NCBI GenBank assembly: GCA_964610175.1
Contig: CAZSVE010000003.1
Coordinates: 2,193 to 66,192, forward strand
DNA from: an uncultured Thiotrichales bacterium
GTDB lineage: Bacteria; Pseudomonadota; Gammaproteobacteria; HK1
Length of the DNA: 64,000 bases
Direction of reading: 5' to 3'
How positions within the stretch are numbered: position 1 is the stretch's first letter; each line of letters starts with the position of its first letter. Positions 56,161-64,000 of the stretch are shown one piece after another. A program made the position numbers and the translations under genes. Below the pieces are notes generated by a model, which made no database searches, was not told the DNA's origin, and saw only the letters and a list, made by a program, of their open reading frames with translations.

Positions 56161-58806
56161 ATGAAAGATCGTTACTCCCCGCAACAGATAGAAGCCCAAA
56201 TACAGCAGCAGTGGGAAGCAGCCGACACATTTCGGGTCATCGAGGCCCCCGGGCGGGAAAAATTCTATTGCCTCTCCATGTTCCCATACCCCAGCGGACG
56301 CCTGCACATGGGACACGTGCGCAACTACACCATCGGGGACGTCATCGCTCGTTACCAACGCATGTTGGGGAAAAACGTCCTGCAACCCATGGGTTGGGAC
56401 GCCTTCGGCCTCCCCGCCGAAAACGCCGCCATGGCCAACCAGGTTCCCCCCGCCGCCTGGACCTACAAAAACATCGACTACATGCGCGCGCAACTAAAAA
56501 GGCTCGGGTTCGGGTACGACTGGCAGCGGGAACTTGCCACCTGCCGCCCCGACTACTACCGCTGGGAGCAATGGTTGTTCACCCGGCTTCTGGCCAAGGG
56601 CCTCGTCTACAAAAAGAGCGCCGAGGTCAATTGGGACCCGGTAGACAAAACCGTATTGGCCAATGAACAGGTGGTGGACGGTCGTGGTTGGCGATCCGGG
56701 GCCATCGTCGAGCGCCGCGAGATCCCCCAGTGGTTTCTGCGCATCACCGCCTATGCCGAGGAACTCCTCGCCGAGATCGACCAGCTCCATGGCTGGCCGG
56801 AGGCGGTGCGCACCATGCAAAGAAACTGGATCGGCAAATCCGAAGGGGTGGAATTCTCCCTCGCCATCCATGACGAATCACCCGGAGAAGAAGAACCCAT
56901 CCGGGTCTACACCACGCGCCCGGACACCATCATGGGCGTCACCTTCGTCGCCGTATCCGCGGGACATCCCCTGGCGCGCAAGGCCGCCGAGCATGATCCC
57001 GACATCGCCGAGTTCCTCGCCGAATGCCAGCGCACCGACACCTCCGAGGCCGCCCTGGAGACCATGGAAAAACGCGGTATGCCACTCGGCATCGACGCCA
57101 TCCACCCCATCACCGGTGGCAAGGTACCGGTCTGGGTCGCCAACTTCGTGCTCCAGGGCTACGGCACCGGGGCCATCATGTCGGTACCCGCCCACGACCA
57201 GCGGGACCACGACTTCGCCCGGAAATACGGGCTTCCCATCGTGCCGGTGGTGTTTCCGAAAGATCCCCGTGACCCGGGGGGGCAAGGATCGGGCCAAAAT
57301 CCGGACGTCCGGGATTGGGATTTCGAGCAATCCGCCTTCGTCGAAAAGGGCATCCTCGGGAACTCCGGCCAATTCTCCGGGCTCGACTCCAAAGAGGCCT
57401 TCGGGCGCATCGCCGACTGGCTCCAGGTGCGCGGCAAGGGGCAGCGCAAGACCAACTTTCGTCTCCGGGACTGGGGCATCTCGCGCCAGCGATACTGGGG
57501 CGCGCCCATCCCCGTCATCAACTGCCCCGCCTGCGGGGTGGTCCCGGTCCCCGACCAGGACCTCCCCGTGCTCCTCCCCGAAGACGTTCGGCTCGGCGAC
57601 GGAAGCTCACCCATCAAGGGCGACCCGGCATTCTTCGAGACCACCTGCCCCACCTGTGGCGGCAAGGCCGAGCGCGAAACCGACACCTTCGATACCTTCA
57701 TGGAATCCTCCTGGTACTACGCCCGCTACGCCTGCCCCGACCAGGACCGGGCCATGCTCGATGAAAAGGCCGACTATTGGCTCCCGGTGGACCAGTACAT
57801 CGGTGGCATCGAACACGCCATCCTGCATCTCCTCTACGCCCGCTTCTTCCACAAGCTATTGCGGGACGCCGGATTCGTTACCAGCAACGAACCCTTCGCC
57901 AACCTCCTCACCCAGGGCATGGTCTTGAAAGACGGCGCCAAGATGTCCAAATCCAAGGGCAACACCGTCGACCCCGAACAGCTCATCGAAAAATACGGCG
58001 CCGACACCGTGCGCCTTTTCGTCATGTTCGCCGCCCCTCCGGACCAGGCACTGGAATGGTCCGACAGCGCCGTCGAGGGTGCCTTCCGCTTCCTGCGTCG
58101 CCTGTGGCGGCTGGTGGCCAGTCATGTGGAGGAAAATGGTGACCGTCATTTCGGCAGGGATCGCCGGGAGCAAGTAGAAGGGACGGCAACAAACGACGCC
58201 CAAAAGGAACTGCGACGACGCATCCACGAAACCATCGTCAAGGTCAGTGACGACATCGGACGGCGCTACACCTTCAACACCGCCATCGCCGCCATCATGG
58301 AACTGGTCAATGAATTGACCCGTTGGCAGGAACGCGGGGTCCAATCAGCATCGCCGACACCAACACCAACGCCGTCGTCGAGACCATCCCCGGAATCGTC
58401 GCCGAAATCATCCGGCGAGCCATCGGCAGAGGCCCCAAAGGCCCCAGCCGGCGAGACCTCGAAACGGGCGCTGCTCCAGGAAGGCATCGAGACCGTCGTT
58501 CTCCTCCTCTCCCCCATCGTCCCCCACATCACCGCCGCCCTGTGGCGGGAACTGGGACACCCCGAACCCATCATCGATGCCCCCTGGCCCAAGGCCGACC
58601 CCGACGCCTTGCTGCGCGACCAAATCACCCTGGTGGTGCAGGTCAAAGGTAAGCTCCGCGCTCAGGTGACCGTGGCCGCCAATGCGAGCCGGGAGGAAGT
58701 GGAACAGGCGGCGCTCGCCAATGAAAACGTCCAAAAGTTCATGGAGGGAAAGCCGGTCAGGAAGATCATCGTGGTGCCGGGGAAGTTGGTGAATGTGGTG
58801 GTGTGA
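56161..58806 (+). CDS. leuS: Leucine--tRNA ligase
   Basis: 881 aa. HIGH-type motif ([15 protein letters not shown]) and KMSKS ([10 protein letters not shown]). Collinear with E. coli LeuRS apart from a Pro/Ser-rich insert near residue ~730. Confidence 0.97.
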   Translation: MKDRYSPQQIEAQIQQQWEAADTFRVIEAPGREKFYCLSMFPYPSGRLHMGHVRNYTIGDVIARYQRMLGKNVLQPMGWDAFGLPAENAAMANQVPPAAWTYKNIDYMRAQLKRLGFGYDWQRELATCRPDYYRWEQWLFTRLLAKGLVYKKSAEVNWDPVDKTVLANEQVVDGRGWRSGAIVERREIPQWFLRITAYAEELLAEIDQLHGWPEAVRTMQRNWIGKSEGVEFSLAIHDESPGEEEPIRVYTTRPDTIMGVTFVAVSAGHPLARKAAEHDPDIAEFLAECQRTDTSEAALETMEKRGMPLGIDAIHPITGGKVPVWVANFVLQGYGTGAIMSVPAHDQRDHDFARKYGLPIVPVVFPKDPRDPGGQGSGQNPDVRDWDFEQSAFVEKGILGNSGQFSGLDSKEAFGRIADWLQVRGKGQRKTNFRLRDWGISRQRYWGAPIPVINCPACGVVPVPDQDLPVLLPEDVRLGDGSSPIKGDPAFFETTCPTCGGKAERETDTFDTFMESSWYYARYACPDQDRAMLDEKADYWLPVDQYIGGIEHAILHLLYARFFHKLLRDAGFVTSNEPFANLLTQGMVLKDGAKMSKSKGNTVDPEQLIEKYGADTVRLFVMFAAPPDQALEWSDSAVEGAFRFLRRLWRLVASHVEENGDRHFGRDRREQVEGTATNDAQKELRRRIHETIVKVSDDIGRRYTFNTAIAAIMELVNELTRWQERGVQSASPTPTPTPSSRPSPESSPKSSGEPSAEAPKAPAGETSKRALLQEGIETVVLLLSPIVPHITAALWRELGHPEPIIDAPWPKADPDALLRDQITLVVQVKGKLRAQVTVAANASREEVEQAALANENVQKFMEGKPVRKIIVVPGKLVNVVV

Positions 58807-58847
58807 AGAGGTCGACTCTCGCGTCTTTGCGTGGAAACGAGCGAATA

Positions 58848-59368
58848 TGAATAAGAAGCATATTTATCCGATATTGGGAGTCATTGGTTCTCTTGCATCG
58901 ATAGTGGCTCTATTTTTAGCCTTTTATGGTAAGGTGGATAGTCTCGCTATAAAAATCAATGGTAACGATAACCCAATTAATGCCAATCGCATTAGTGATG
59001 TTCAAGGAAATGTAATAATAAATCAATCATCGGAAACCAATGTGACGGGACAATTCCATGTCCCTACAAATTTGTATGGCCTTACTTATCATCAGGCTAG
59101 GAAAGAATTACTCGGGAAGGGCTGGATTCCTAATAAAAGACATTGGTTACACGGTGATACAGTCAATATGAAAAGTGGTAATGGTCCGATTTTTTGGAAA
59201 AAAGGTTATTTTGAGCTTGATTCGTGTAGTGGCACTGGCTATGCGTATTGCAGGTTTGAATTTTTTGATCCAAGCGGGAGAATTCTAGTTATCATTACGG
59301 AGGGTGAAGAATGGAGCAAGGGAGAAGATATACACGCAACAGTTGCGCGAGTGTATTTTGAGAATTGA
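58848..59368 (+). CDS. Hypothetical membrane-anchored protein
   Basis: Start set at MNKKHIYPILGVIGSLASIVALFLAF (TM helix). The region is low in GC. I recognise no family. Confidence 0.5.
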
Positions 59369-59475
59369 ATCGATTATTTTTAACATGTGTGTTCAGCTAA
59401 CCACGACGCTATTGTTCCCTTCGTGTCGATTAACCCATGATATTAGTCGCTGAAGACGAAAAAGTGAAAATTCAA

Positions 59476-59727
59476 ATGCCAACGATACTTGTTCTATTTG
59501 GATGGCGTCTTTTTTTCTATGCAAATGAAGGAAATGAACCTATCCATGTACATTGCCGAAAAGGAGGTATGGAATGTAAATATTGGATAGACGATGAGAA
59601 TTTCGATATTCAGGAAGCGTATTCTTATGGAATGTCGACAAGGGATAAGAAACAAATACGAAAAATAATATTCGAACACTTCGATTACATCGTGGATCAA
59701 TGGAATGTTTTTCAGGAAAGGCGATAA
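59476..59727 (+). CDS. DUF4160-family protein
   Basis: MPTILVLFGWRLFFYANEGNEPIHVHCRKGGMECKYWI is the characteristic DUF4160 N-terminus. Confidence 0.75.
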   Translation: MPTILVLFGWRLFFYANEGNEPIHVHCRKGGMECKYWIDDENFDIQEAYSYGMSTRDKKQIRKIIFEHFDYIVDQWNVFQERR

Positions 59728-59729
59728 AG

Positions 59730-59987
59730 ATGAAAAAGTTTCATAAAGTAGAAAATGCGCGGTTCGAAAAGGGCGTTCTCAGTCTTCGTGTCGATGACAT
59801 CGACATCAGAAGAAACTTGAATGAATTATCTTCCACGCTTGCCAATGCAAAGGAAGCGGAACAAAAAGAATTCGAGATTTCACCTTCCGGGTATGGTATC
59901 CATTGGCCTCTGATCGATGAAGATATTTCAATAGACGGCCTTCTGGGTATTGCGCATGGTCCGGGTGAGAACGAAAAGGGCGCGTAA
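59730..59987 (+). CDS. DUF2442-family protein
   Basis: It starts 2 nt after the DUF4160 stop. The C-terminal FEISPSGYGIHWPLIDEDISIDGLLG is the DUF2442 signature. Confidence 0.75.
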   Translation: MKKFHKVENARFEKGVLSLRVDDIDIRRNLNELSSTLANAKEAEQKEFEISPSGYGIHWPLIDEDISIDGLLGIAHGPGENEKGA

Positions 59988-60130
59988 CTTAGAAATAGAA
60001 GCGGATCACTTCCGGCTATTGAATGATGCCGGGAAACCCTATCTTTAATCCGCCGGAAGGATTCGATATCGTGGATTCCCGCAAATCGGAACCTTGCCAG
60101 GGCCGCTTGATGGCGGGGTTTCTTGTTCAC

Positions 60131-60213
60131 GTATCGGAAAAAGAATTCTGAAGAACCGATGCTGGAATTCGGACTTACCCCCTTTGGACCCTGACGCGAA
60201 GCGCTAACAAATA
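60131..60213 (+). repeat. F2, copy (diverged)
   Basis: Reads GTATCGGAAAAAGAATTCTGAAGAACCGATGCTGG...CCCTTTGGACCCTGACGCGAAGCGCTAACAAATAAC. Confidence 0.75.
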
Positions 60214-60259
60214 ACAACATACCGGCCCCATCGATCGAGGCCCCGTCGAGGTAAAAACC

Positions 60260-60457
60260 ATGCGATACACCGTTGTGCTGGAACCATCCGAAGAGGGATA
60301 CGCGGTCTCCGTGCCGGGATTGCCCGGCTGCCATTCCCAGGGAAATACCGAGCAGGAAGCCTTGAGGAATATTTCCCATGCCGTTTATGAATATCTGGAG
60401 GTTGTCAGGGAACTGACGAATCACAAGATGGTTAGGCAAATCGAGGTTGGGGGTTGA
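60260..60457 (+). CDS. hicB: HicB-like (UPF0150) antitoxin, copy 1
   Basis: MRYTVVLEPSEEGYAVSVPGLPGCHSQGNTEQEALRNISHAVYEYLE is the typical HicB N-domain. It lies upstream of a HicA-like gene. Confidence 0.8.
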   Translation: MRYTVVLEPSEEGYAVSVPGLPGCHSQGNTEQEALRNISHAVYEYLEVVRELTNHKMVRQIEVGG

Positions 60458-60460
60458 ATA

Positions 60461-60673
60461 TTGCCTAAATTTGTTGGCATCAATCACCTCGATGCGGTAC
60501 GGGCCTTGAAGAAGGCGGGGTTCTGGGTGGCTCGTCAGGGAAAACATATCGTCATGACCAACGGCGCCCGAATCATCACGATTCCTCGTCATAACCCCGT
60601 CAATGCAATCACCATGGGGAATATTATTCATGACGCGGGACTGACCAAGGAAGAATTCAAGGGGTTTTTGTGA
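60461..60673 (+). CDS. hicA: HicA-like (YcfA) mRNA interferase toxin, copy 1
   Basis: 70 aa with a TTG start. AVRALKKAGFWVARQGKHIVMTN...ITIPRHNPVNAITMGNIIHDAGLTKEEF matches the HicA pattern. Confidence 0.8.
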   Translation: MPKFVGINHLDAVRALKKAGFWVARQGKHIVMTNGARIITIPRHNPVNAITMGNIIHDAGLTKEEFKGFL

Positions 60674-60770
60674 AGAAGTCTCATAGAAGGGGTAAGCGAA
60701 GTGCGTCCATCTTCATTGGTCTCTCTCCAGCTTTAATTATCGTATCTTCATACTAGGTGAAGGTAATAGC

Positions 60771-61939
60771 ATGATGAAAAGAGTGTGCATATATTGCAAT
60801 AAAGAAAAGCCGAAGGATGAATTCTCTTTAGAACATATATTTCCGGATGCATTAGGCGGAGCATTATGTTCGGATGTATTCAAAACAAGAAGGGTATGCA
60901 GGCAGTGTAATTCAATTTCCGGTCTATTCGTAGATGGCGCTCTTATCAAGAATTTCTTTATTCAGAACGACTTGGCGGAGTCTGCGCTGAATTACATAGA
61001 TCTGGAAAAACCAGCCTCCTTACCACTCAGATATATGGGACCAGTCGATAACCTTACGATAGGTGACGATTTATCATGTGATTCATGGTTTGGGCCTCAT
61101 GGTGGCCTAATTTATCATAGAAGGAAAAAAGCGGATACGAAATATGACACAATAGCAGGTGGAAATCCCATCGATAATAAGAAGTTTAGGGGCGAGATAT
61201 ATATCTTCGCTCAAAATGAGGACATGTATTGGAATAAAGTACTGCTATTGTCAGCATATATATATTTCAAGCATGCACGCCGTATTTCAGGAAACTTTCC
61301 AGAATCTTCGGTAACTTTTGACAATAACGGTGAACGGCCATATTTCGATGAACCCACGGAAAATGAAAAGGCGTTTTTGGAAGAGATCAAAAACATTCAA
61401 GGGAAAAAACACGAAGGGAAATTCGCTGTTCAAATAGGCTTTGAACAACGTTTCCTGTGCAAATTGCGTTGGCTTTTGGGACCAATATACTTGGGGAGCA
61501 ATTCCTTGCATCGGAATACGCGACAAATCTTAGAAACGCATTCTGGGAAAAAGATGTCAACCGAGGGAAAATACATGGTGTCGATTTTTCCCACTTCTTC
61601 AACGGTCTTGGTTCTGAATATCCTATGAAATTGTTTACCTGGGATGGTGTCCACACTATTCTGATTTATCCGACGGACGATGTACTATTTGGGTTTATAT
61701 TTCTCTTTGGGAAGAGAACGATGAGTATCCCTATCGCCAAGGATCGGGATCTATGGAAAGATAAAATAACTCATCCCCAGGTATATGTTATATGCCAACC
61801 ACTGGGTAAATTCGTCGGCCCAATCTCCCTTGGAGATTTTCCCGCCCATCGAACCGGGGATGCACCAATTAGCGAACTCGAAGAGATAGAAAAGAAGCAC
61901 TTCGATCCAAGCACTTTGCCAAAGATCACTCAAGTTTAA
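60771..61939 (+). pseudogene. HNH endonuclease-domain protein, split by one frameshift (or sequencing error)
   Basis: N-terminal HNH/Zn motif [25 protein letters not shown]...CRQCNS in ORF 60771..61628. The continuation ([19 protein letters not shown]...) is in ORF 61457..61939. The frames switch near 61455-61470. Confidence 0.7.
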
Positions 61940-61981
61940 CGATATTTCCTCGTCCCCACGCCCCTTGCAGCCAGGAATCCA

Positions 61982-62503
61982 TTGTCATTAGATAGAAAAA
62001 CTCCAACCCAACAGGAACCCACAACCATACCCTACCAAAACATCGACGCCTCCCTTTCTCCCGAGGATATCAAGGCCATCAAGGATGCCTTTGCGCTCAT
62101 CCAGGAAAAACTCCCCTTCCTGATCAACCTGACCCCCGAGGAGCGGCGATCCTTGTTCAAGACCGGGGTCGATAGTGTCTCCTTCATCGAGAATGCCCTG
62201 AATGCCGCCCAGGACCACCCGGATATCCTTCCCGCCACGTTCAAGACCGAGGAATTGAAGGGCGATGTGGCCCTTTTCGGCGTGATGACCGACATCGGGA
62301 CGATTGCCGCGTCGGTGGCATCGGAGATCGATGATACGCGTCTCGCGGTCGGCAGCGAGGCGATGGAGAAATCGACCCAAATCTATAATTACGTGAAGAC
62401 GGTGGCCAAAACCACGCCGGGCCTGAAGCCGGTGGTCGACCAGTTGGGTCAGCGTTTCAAAAAAGCGGGTAGACATAAGAAACATGACGATCCTAAGGAA
62501 TAA
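61982..62503 (+). CDS. Conserved-looking hypothetical protein
   Basis: 173 aa with a TTG start. The pattern LTPEERRSLFKTGVDSVSFIE...DDTRLAVGSEAMEKSTQIYNYVK resembles an uncharacterised family I have seen in diverse bacteria. I can assign no function. Confidence 0.5.
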   Translation: MSLDRKTPTQQEPTTIPYQNIDASLSPEDIKAIKDAFALIQEKLPFLINLTPEERRSLFKTGVDSVSFIENALNAAQDHPDILPATFKTEELKGDVALFGVMTDIGTIAASVASEIDDTRLAVGSEAMEKSTQIYNYVKTVAKTTPGLKPVVDQLGQRFKKAGRHKKHDDPKE

Positions 62504-62539
62504 GGTCGGCGGTGGTGTTTTCAATTGGGTTGTGACCCT

Positions 62540-62770
62540 GGTGAGGCTCCAAGGTTGGGCGTTGAGGTTCGGAGCCTCTATGTCGAAGCTTGGAGCCTTA
62601 ACGTTGAGGCTCAGAGGTTAAACATTGAGGCTCGGAGCTTCGATGATGAGGCTAAAAGGTTCAACGTTGAGGCTCAGAGGTTCAATGTTGCGGTTCAGAA
62701 TCTCAACGTTGAGGCTTAGAGGTTCAATTCCAAGGCTTGGAACCTCGATGATGAGGCTCCGAGCCTTAAT
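62540..62770. repeat. Tandem array, 11 x 21 bp, perfectly phased
   Basis: Units start every 21 nt from 62540, with no indels. Consensus is about GTTGAGGCTCAGAGGTTCAAC. Several units contain a small dyad (e.g. AGGCTC-C-GAGCCT in the last unit). Confidence 0.9.
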
Positions 62771-62854
62771 CCCGAGTTACTACTTCGACCGGCGGAAATC
62801 GCTGGCAGTCGGGCGCATTTCCAAGGTACGGTTTTTACACGCGGCTCTTCCTTG

Positions 62855-62876
62855 CCCCCCGAAGGGGCTTTTCTCA
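62855..62876 (+). terminator. Possible rho-independent terminator
   Basis: GCCCC-CCGAA-GGGGC followed by TTTTCTC. The stem is only 5 bp. Confidence 0.35.
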
Positions 62877-62882
62877 TCATAG

Positions 62883-63520
62883 CCCAGGGTTGCCGCGAAG
62901 CGGCTACCCTGGGTAAATGGCAGGTACACAACACAACCCCAACGGGGTTGCGTCATGAAATGCCAAAAATACCGGAAACAATACCGCCATGGCACAATCC
63001 TTATCGTCCGTTTACGTGCACCTGGTGTTCTCGGTGAAAAACCGCGAGCCTTTTCTGAGGGACGCGGGGATTCGTGGGGAAATGCATGCCTTCTTGGGCG
63101 GTATCGCGAAAAGATTGAACTGCCCGCCAGTCATTACCGGAGGGACGGAGGATCACGTTCATCTGCTGTGCCGATTGAGCCGAACCGTTTCACAAGCCGA
63201 TTGCGTCAAGGAACTAAAGCGCGTCTCCGCCATTTGGATCAAACAACGCGACCCCACGCTGGCGGGCTTTGCGTGGCAGGGAGGATACGGGGCCTTTTCG
63301 GTCAGCGCGTCCAACCTGGCGAGTGTCCGTGAATACATTGCCGAACAGGAAGCGCATCATAAAAAATGGAATTTTCAGGACGAATACCGGGCGCTTTTGC
63401 GCAAACACGGCATTGCATGGGACGAAGGATATGTTTGGGATTGATTATTACACAACCCCGTTGGGGTTTGTTCTCCCCTGTTTCACCCTCCCAGGGTAGC
63501 GGCTTTGCCGCAACCCTGGG
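62883..63520 (+). mobile_element. IS200/IS605-family (RAYT-like) Y1 transposase gene with symmetric flanking hairpins
   Basis: On the left are CCCAGGGTTGCCGCGAAGCGGCTACCCTGGG (62883-62913) and CAACCCCAACGGGGTTG (62934-62950). On the right are their inverted counterparts CAACCCCGTTGGGGTT (63453-63468) and CCCAGGGTAGCGGCTTTGCCGCAACCCTGGG (63490-63520). Confidence 0.7.
62989..63444 (+). CDS. tnpA: IS200/IS605-family Y1 (HUH) transposase homologue
   Basis: 151 aa. HUH motif EDHVHLLCRL, WQGGYGAFSVS and REYIAEQEAHHKK. No tnpB follows it. Confidence 0.88.
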   Translation: MAQSLSSVYVHLVFSVKNREPFLRDAGIRGEMHAFLGGIAKRLNCPPVITGGTEDHVHLLCRLSRTVSQADCVKELKRVSAIWIKQRDPTLAGFAWQGGYGAFSVSASNLASVREYIAEQEAHHKKWNFQDEYRALLRKHGIAWDEGYVWD

Positions 63521-63574
63521 CTGGATTACACAGCCTCTTCGGGGCAATAAGGCGTAAAACCATGCGACACACCG

Positions 63575-63760
63575 TTGTTGCTGGAACCATCCGAAGAGGG
63601 GGTTGCAGCCTTCGTGCCGGGATTGCCCGGTTGCCATTCCCAGGGAAATACCGAGCAGGAAGCCCTGAAAAATATTTCCGATGCCGTTTACGAATATCTT
63701 GAAGTCGTCAGGGAACTGACAAATTACAAGATGGCAAGGGAAATCGAGGTTGGGGGTTGA
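63575..63760 (+). CDS. hicB: HicB-like antitoxin, copy 2 (N-terminus altered by a 1-nt insertion relative to copy 1)
   Basis: ~88% similar to copy 1 by eye. The copy-1-equivalent ATG at 63562 is out of frame because of an extra T (GTTGTTGCTGG versus GTTGTGCTGG). An ORF remains open from the TTG at 63575. Confidence 0.5.
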   Translation: MLLEPSEEGVAAFVPGLPGCHSQGNTEQEALKNISDAVYEYLEVVRELTNYKMAREIEVGG

Positions 63761-63763
63761 ATA

Positions 63764-64000
63764 TTGTCCAACCCAGCCGGAACCAAGGATTTTTTGTTTA
63801 ACCACTTCCTTGTCATCTCGACCGAAGGGAGAGATCTTGTCTTTTCAGCGCGGAAGATTTCTCGCTGCGCTCGAAATGACAAACCGTGATTTTTTGATCG
63901 TTTTGTCGAAGATTCTCCCGATAATGGATTCGTCGGGATCGATCACCTCGACGCGGTACGAGCCTTGAACAAGGCGGGTTTCCGGATGGCTCGTCAGGGG
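63764..64000 (+). pseudogene. hicA: hicA copy 2, disrupted at codon ~2 by a ~157-bp insertion; runs off the window end
   Basis: Homology to copy 1 is GAATATTG | insertion | ...GGATCGATCACCTCGACGCGGTACGAGCCTTGAACAAGGCGGGTTTCCGGATGGCTCGTCAGGG. Confidence 0.6.
63812..63926 (+). repeat. F3, full copy (core + tail), inserted in hicA copy 2
   Basis: Reads GTCATCTCGACCGAAGGGAGAGATCTTGTC...GGAAGATTTCTCGCTGCGCTCGAAATGAC, then the tail AAACCGTGATTTTTTGATCGTTTTGTCGAAGATTCTCCCGATAATGG. Confidence 0.85.

Noticed and set aside
62540-62770. CRISPR array?
   Set aside because: The 21-bp units are contiguous with no unique spacers. The head-to-tail F1 arrays at 10654-10870, 23095-23314 and 29000-29207 likewise lack spacers. 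No cas genes are in the window.

Overview
This 64-kb chromosomal segment looks gammaproteobacterial by gene content and synteny (my inference; no database search was possible). About half of it is recognisable housekeeping genes: ileS, rpsT, dapF, lysA, acyP, cysZ, tRNA-Ser(UGA), glgX, mlaA, ppk, the GDP-fucose genes manC-gmd...fcl, mtnB/mtnC, ftsK, lolA and leuS. Two things stand out. First, nearly every intergenic gap holds short interspersed repeats. I separated four families: F1 (~110 bp, directional, at least 20 loci), F2 (~85 bp, GCGAAGC-centred palindrome), F3 (palindromic, MITE-like, one copy inserted in a hicA gene) and F4 (163 bp, two inverted copies 31 kb apart). Second, small accessory cassettes interrupt otherwise conserved gene pairs: (a) a lower-GC, 4-nt-overlapping GrlR-like + RelA/SpoT-domain (small alarmone synthetase-like) pair between lysA and dapF; (b) a ~5-kb insertion between ftsK and lolA carrying a secreted CxxCH protein, a DUF3782-type PD-(D/E)xK protein and an overlapping ABC/AAA-type ATPase + DUF4276 (Toprim-like) pair; (c) a tandem duplication of an Rpn/YhgA-like nuclease gene whose copies differ only in the C-terminal segment, which begins just after an internal SD+ATG. 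This duplication lies next to a tRNA-Arg-like 3' fragment and an integrase remnant; (d) a low-GC, toxin-antitoxin-rich region downstream of leuS (DUF4160/DUF2442, two hicBA copies, a frameshifted HNH gene, an 11 x 21-bp phased tandem array, and an IS200/RAYT-like Y1 transposase flanked by symmetric hairpins). The best candidates for an undescribed system are the ATPase-DUF4276 pair and the GrlR-like/alarmone-synthetase pair. All family assignments come from reading motifs in the supplied translations. Repeat coordinates and identity or GC figures are by-eye estimates (+/- a few nt).
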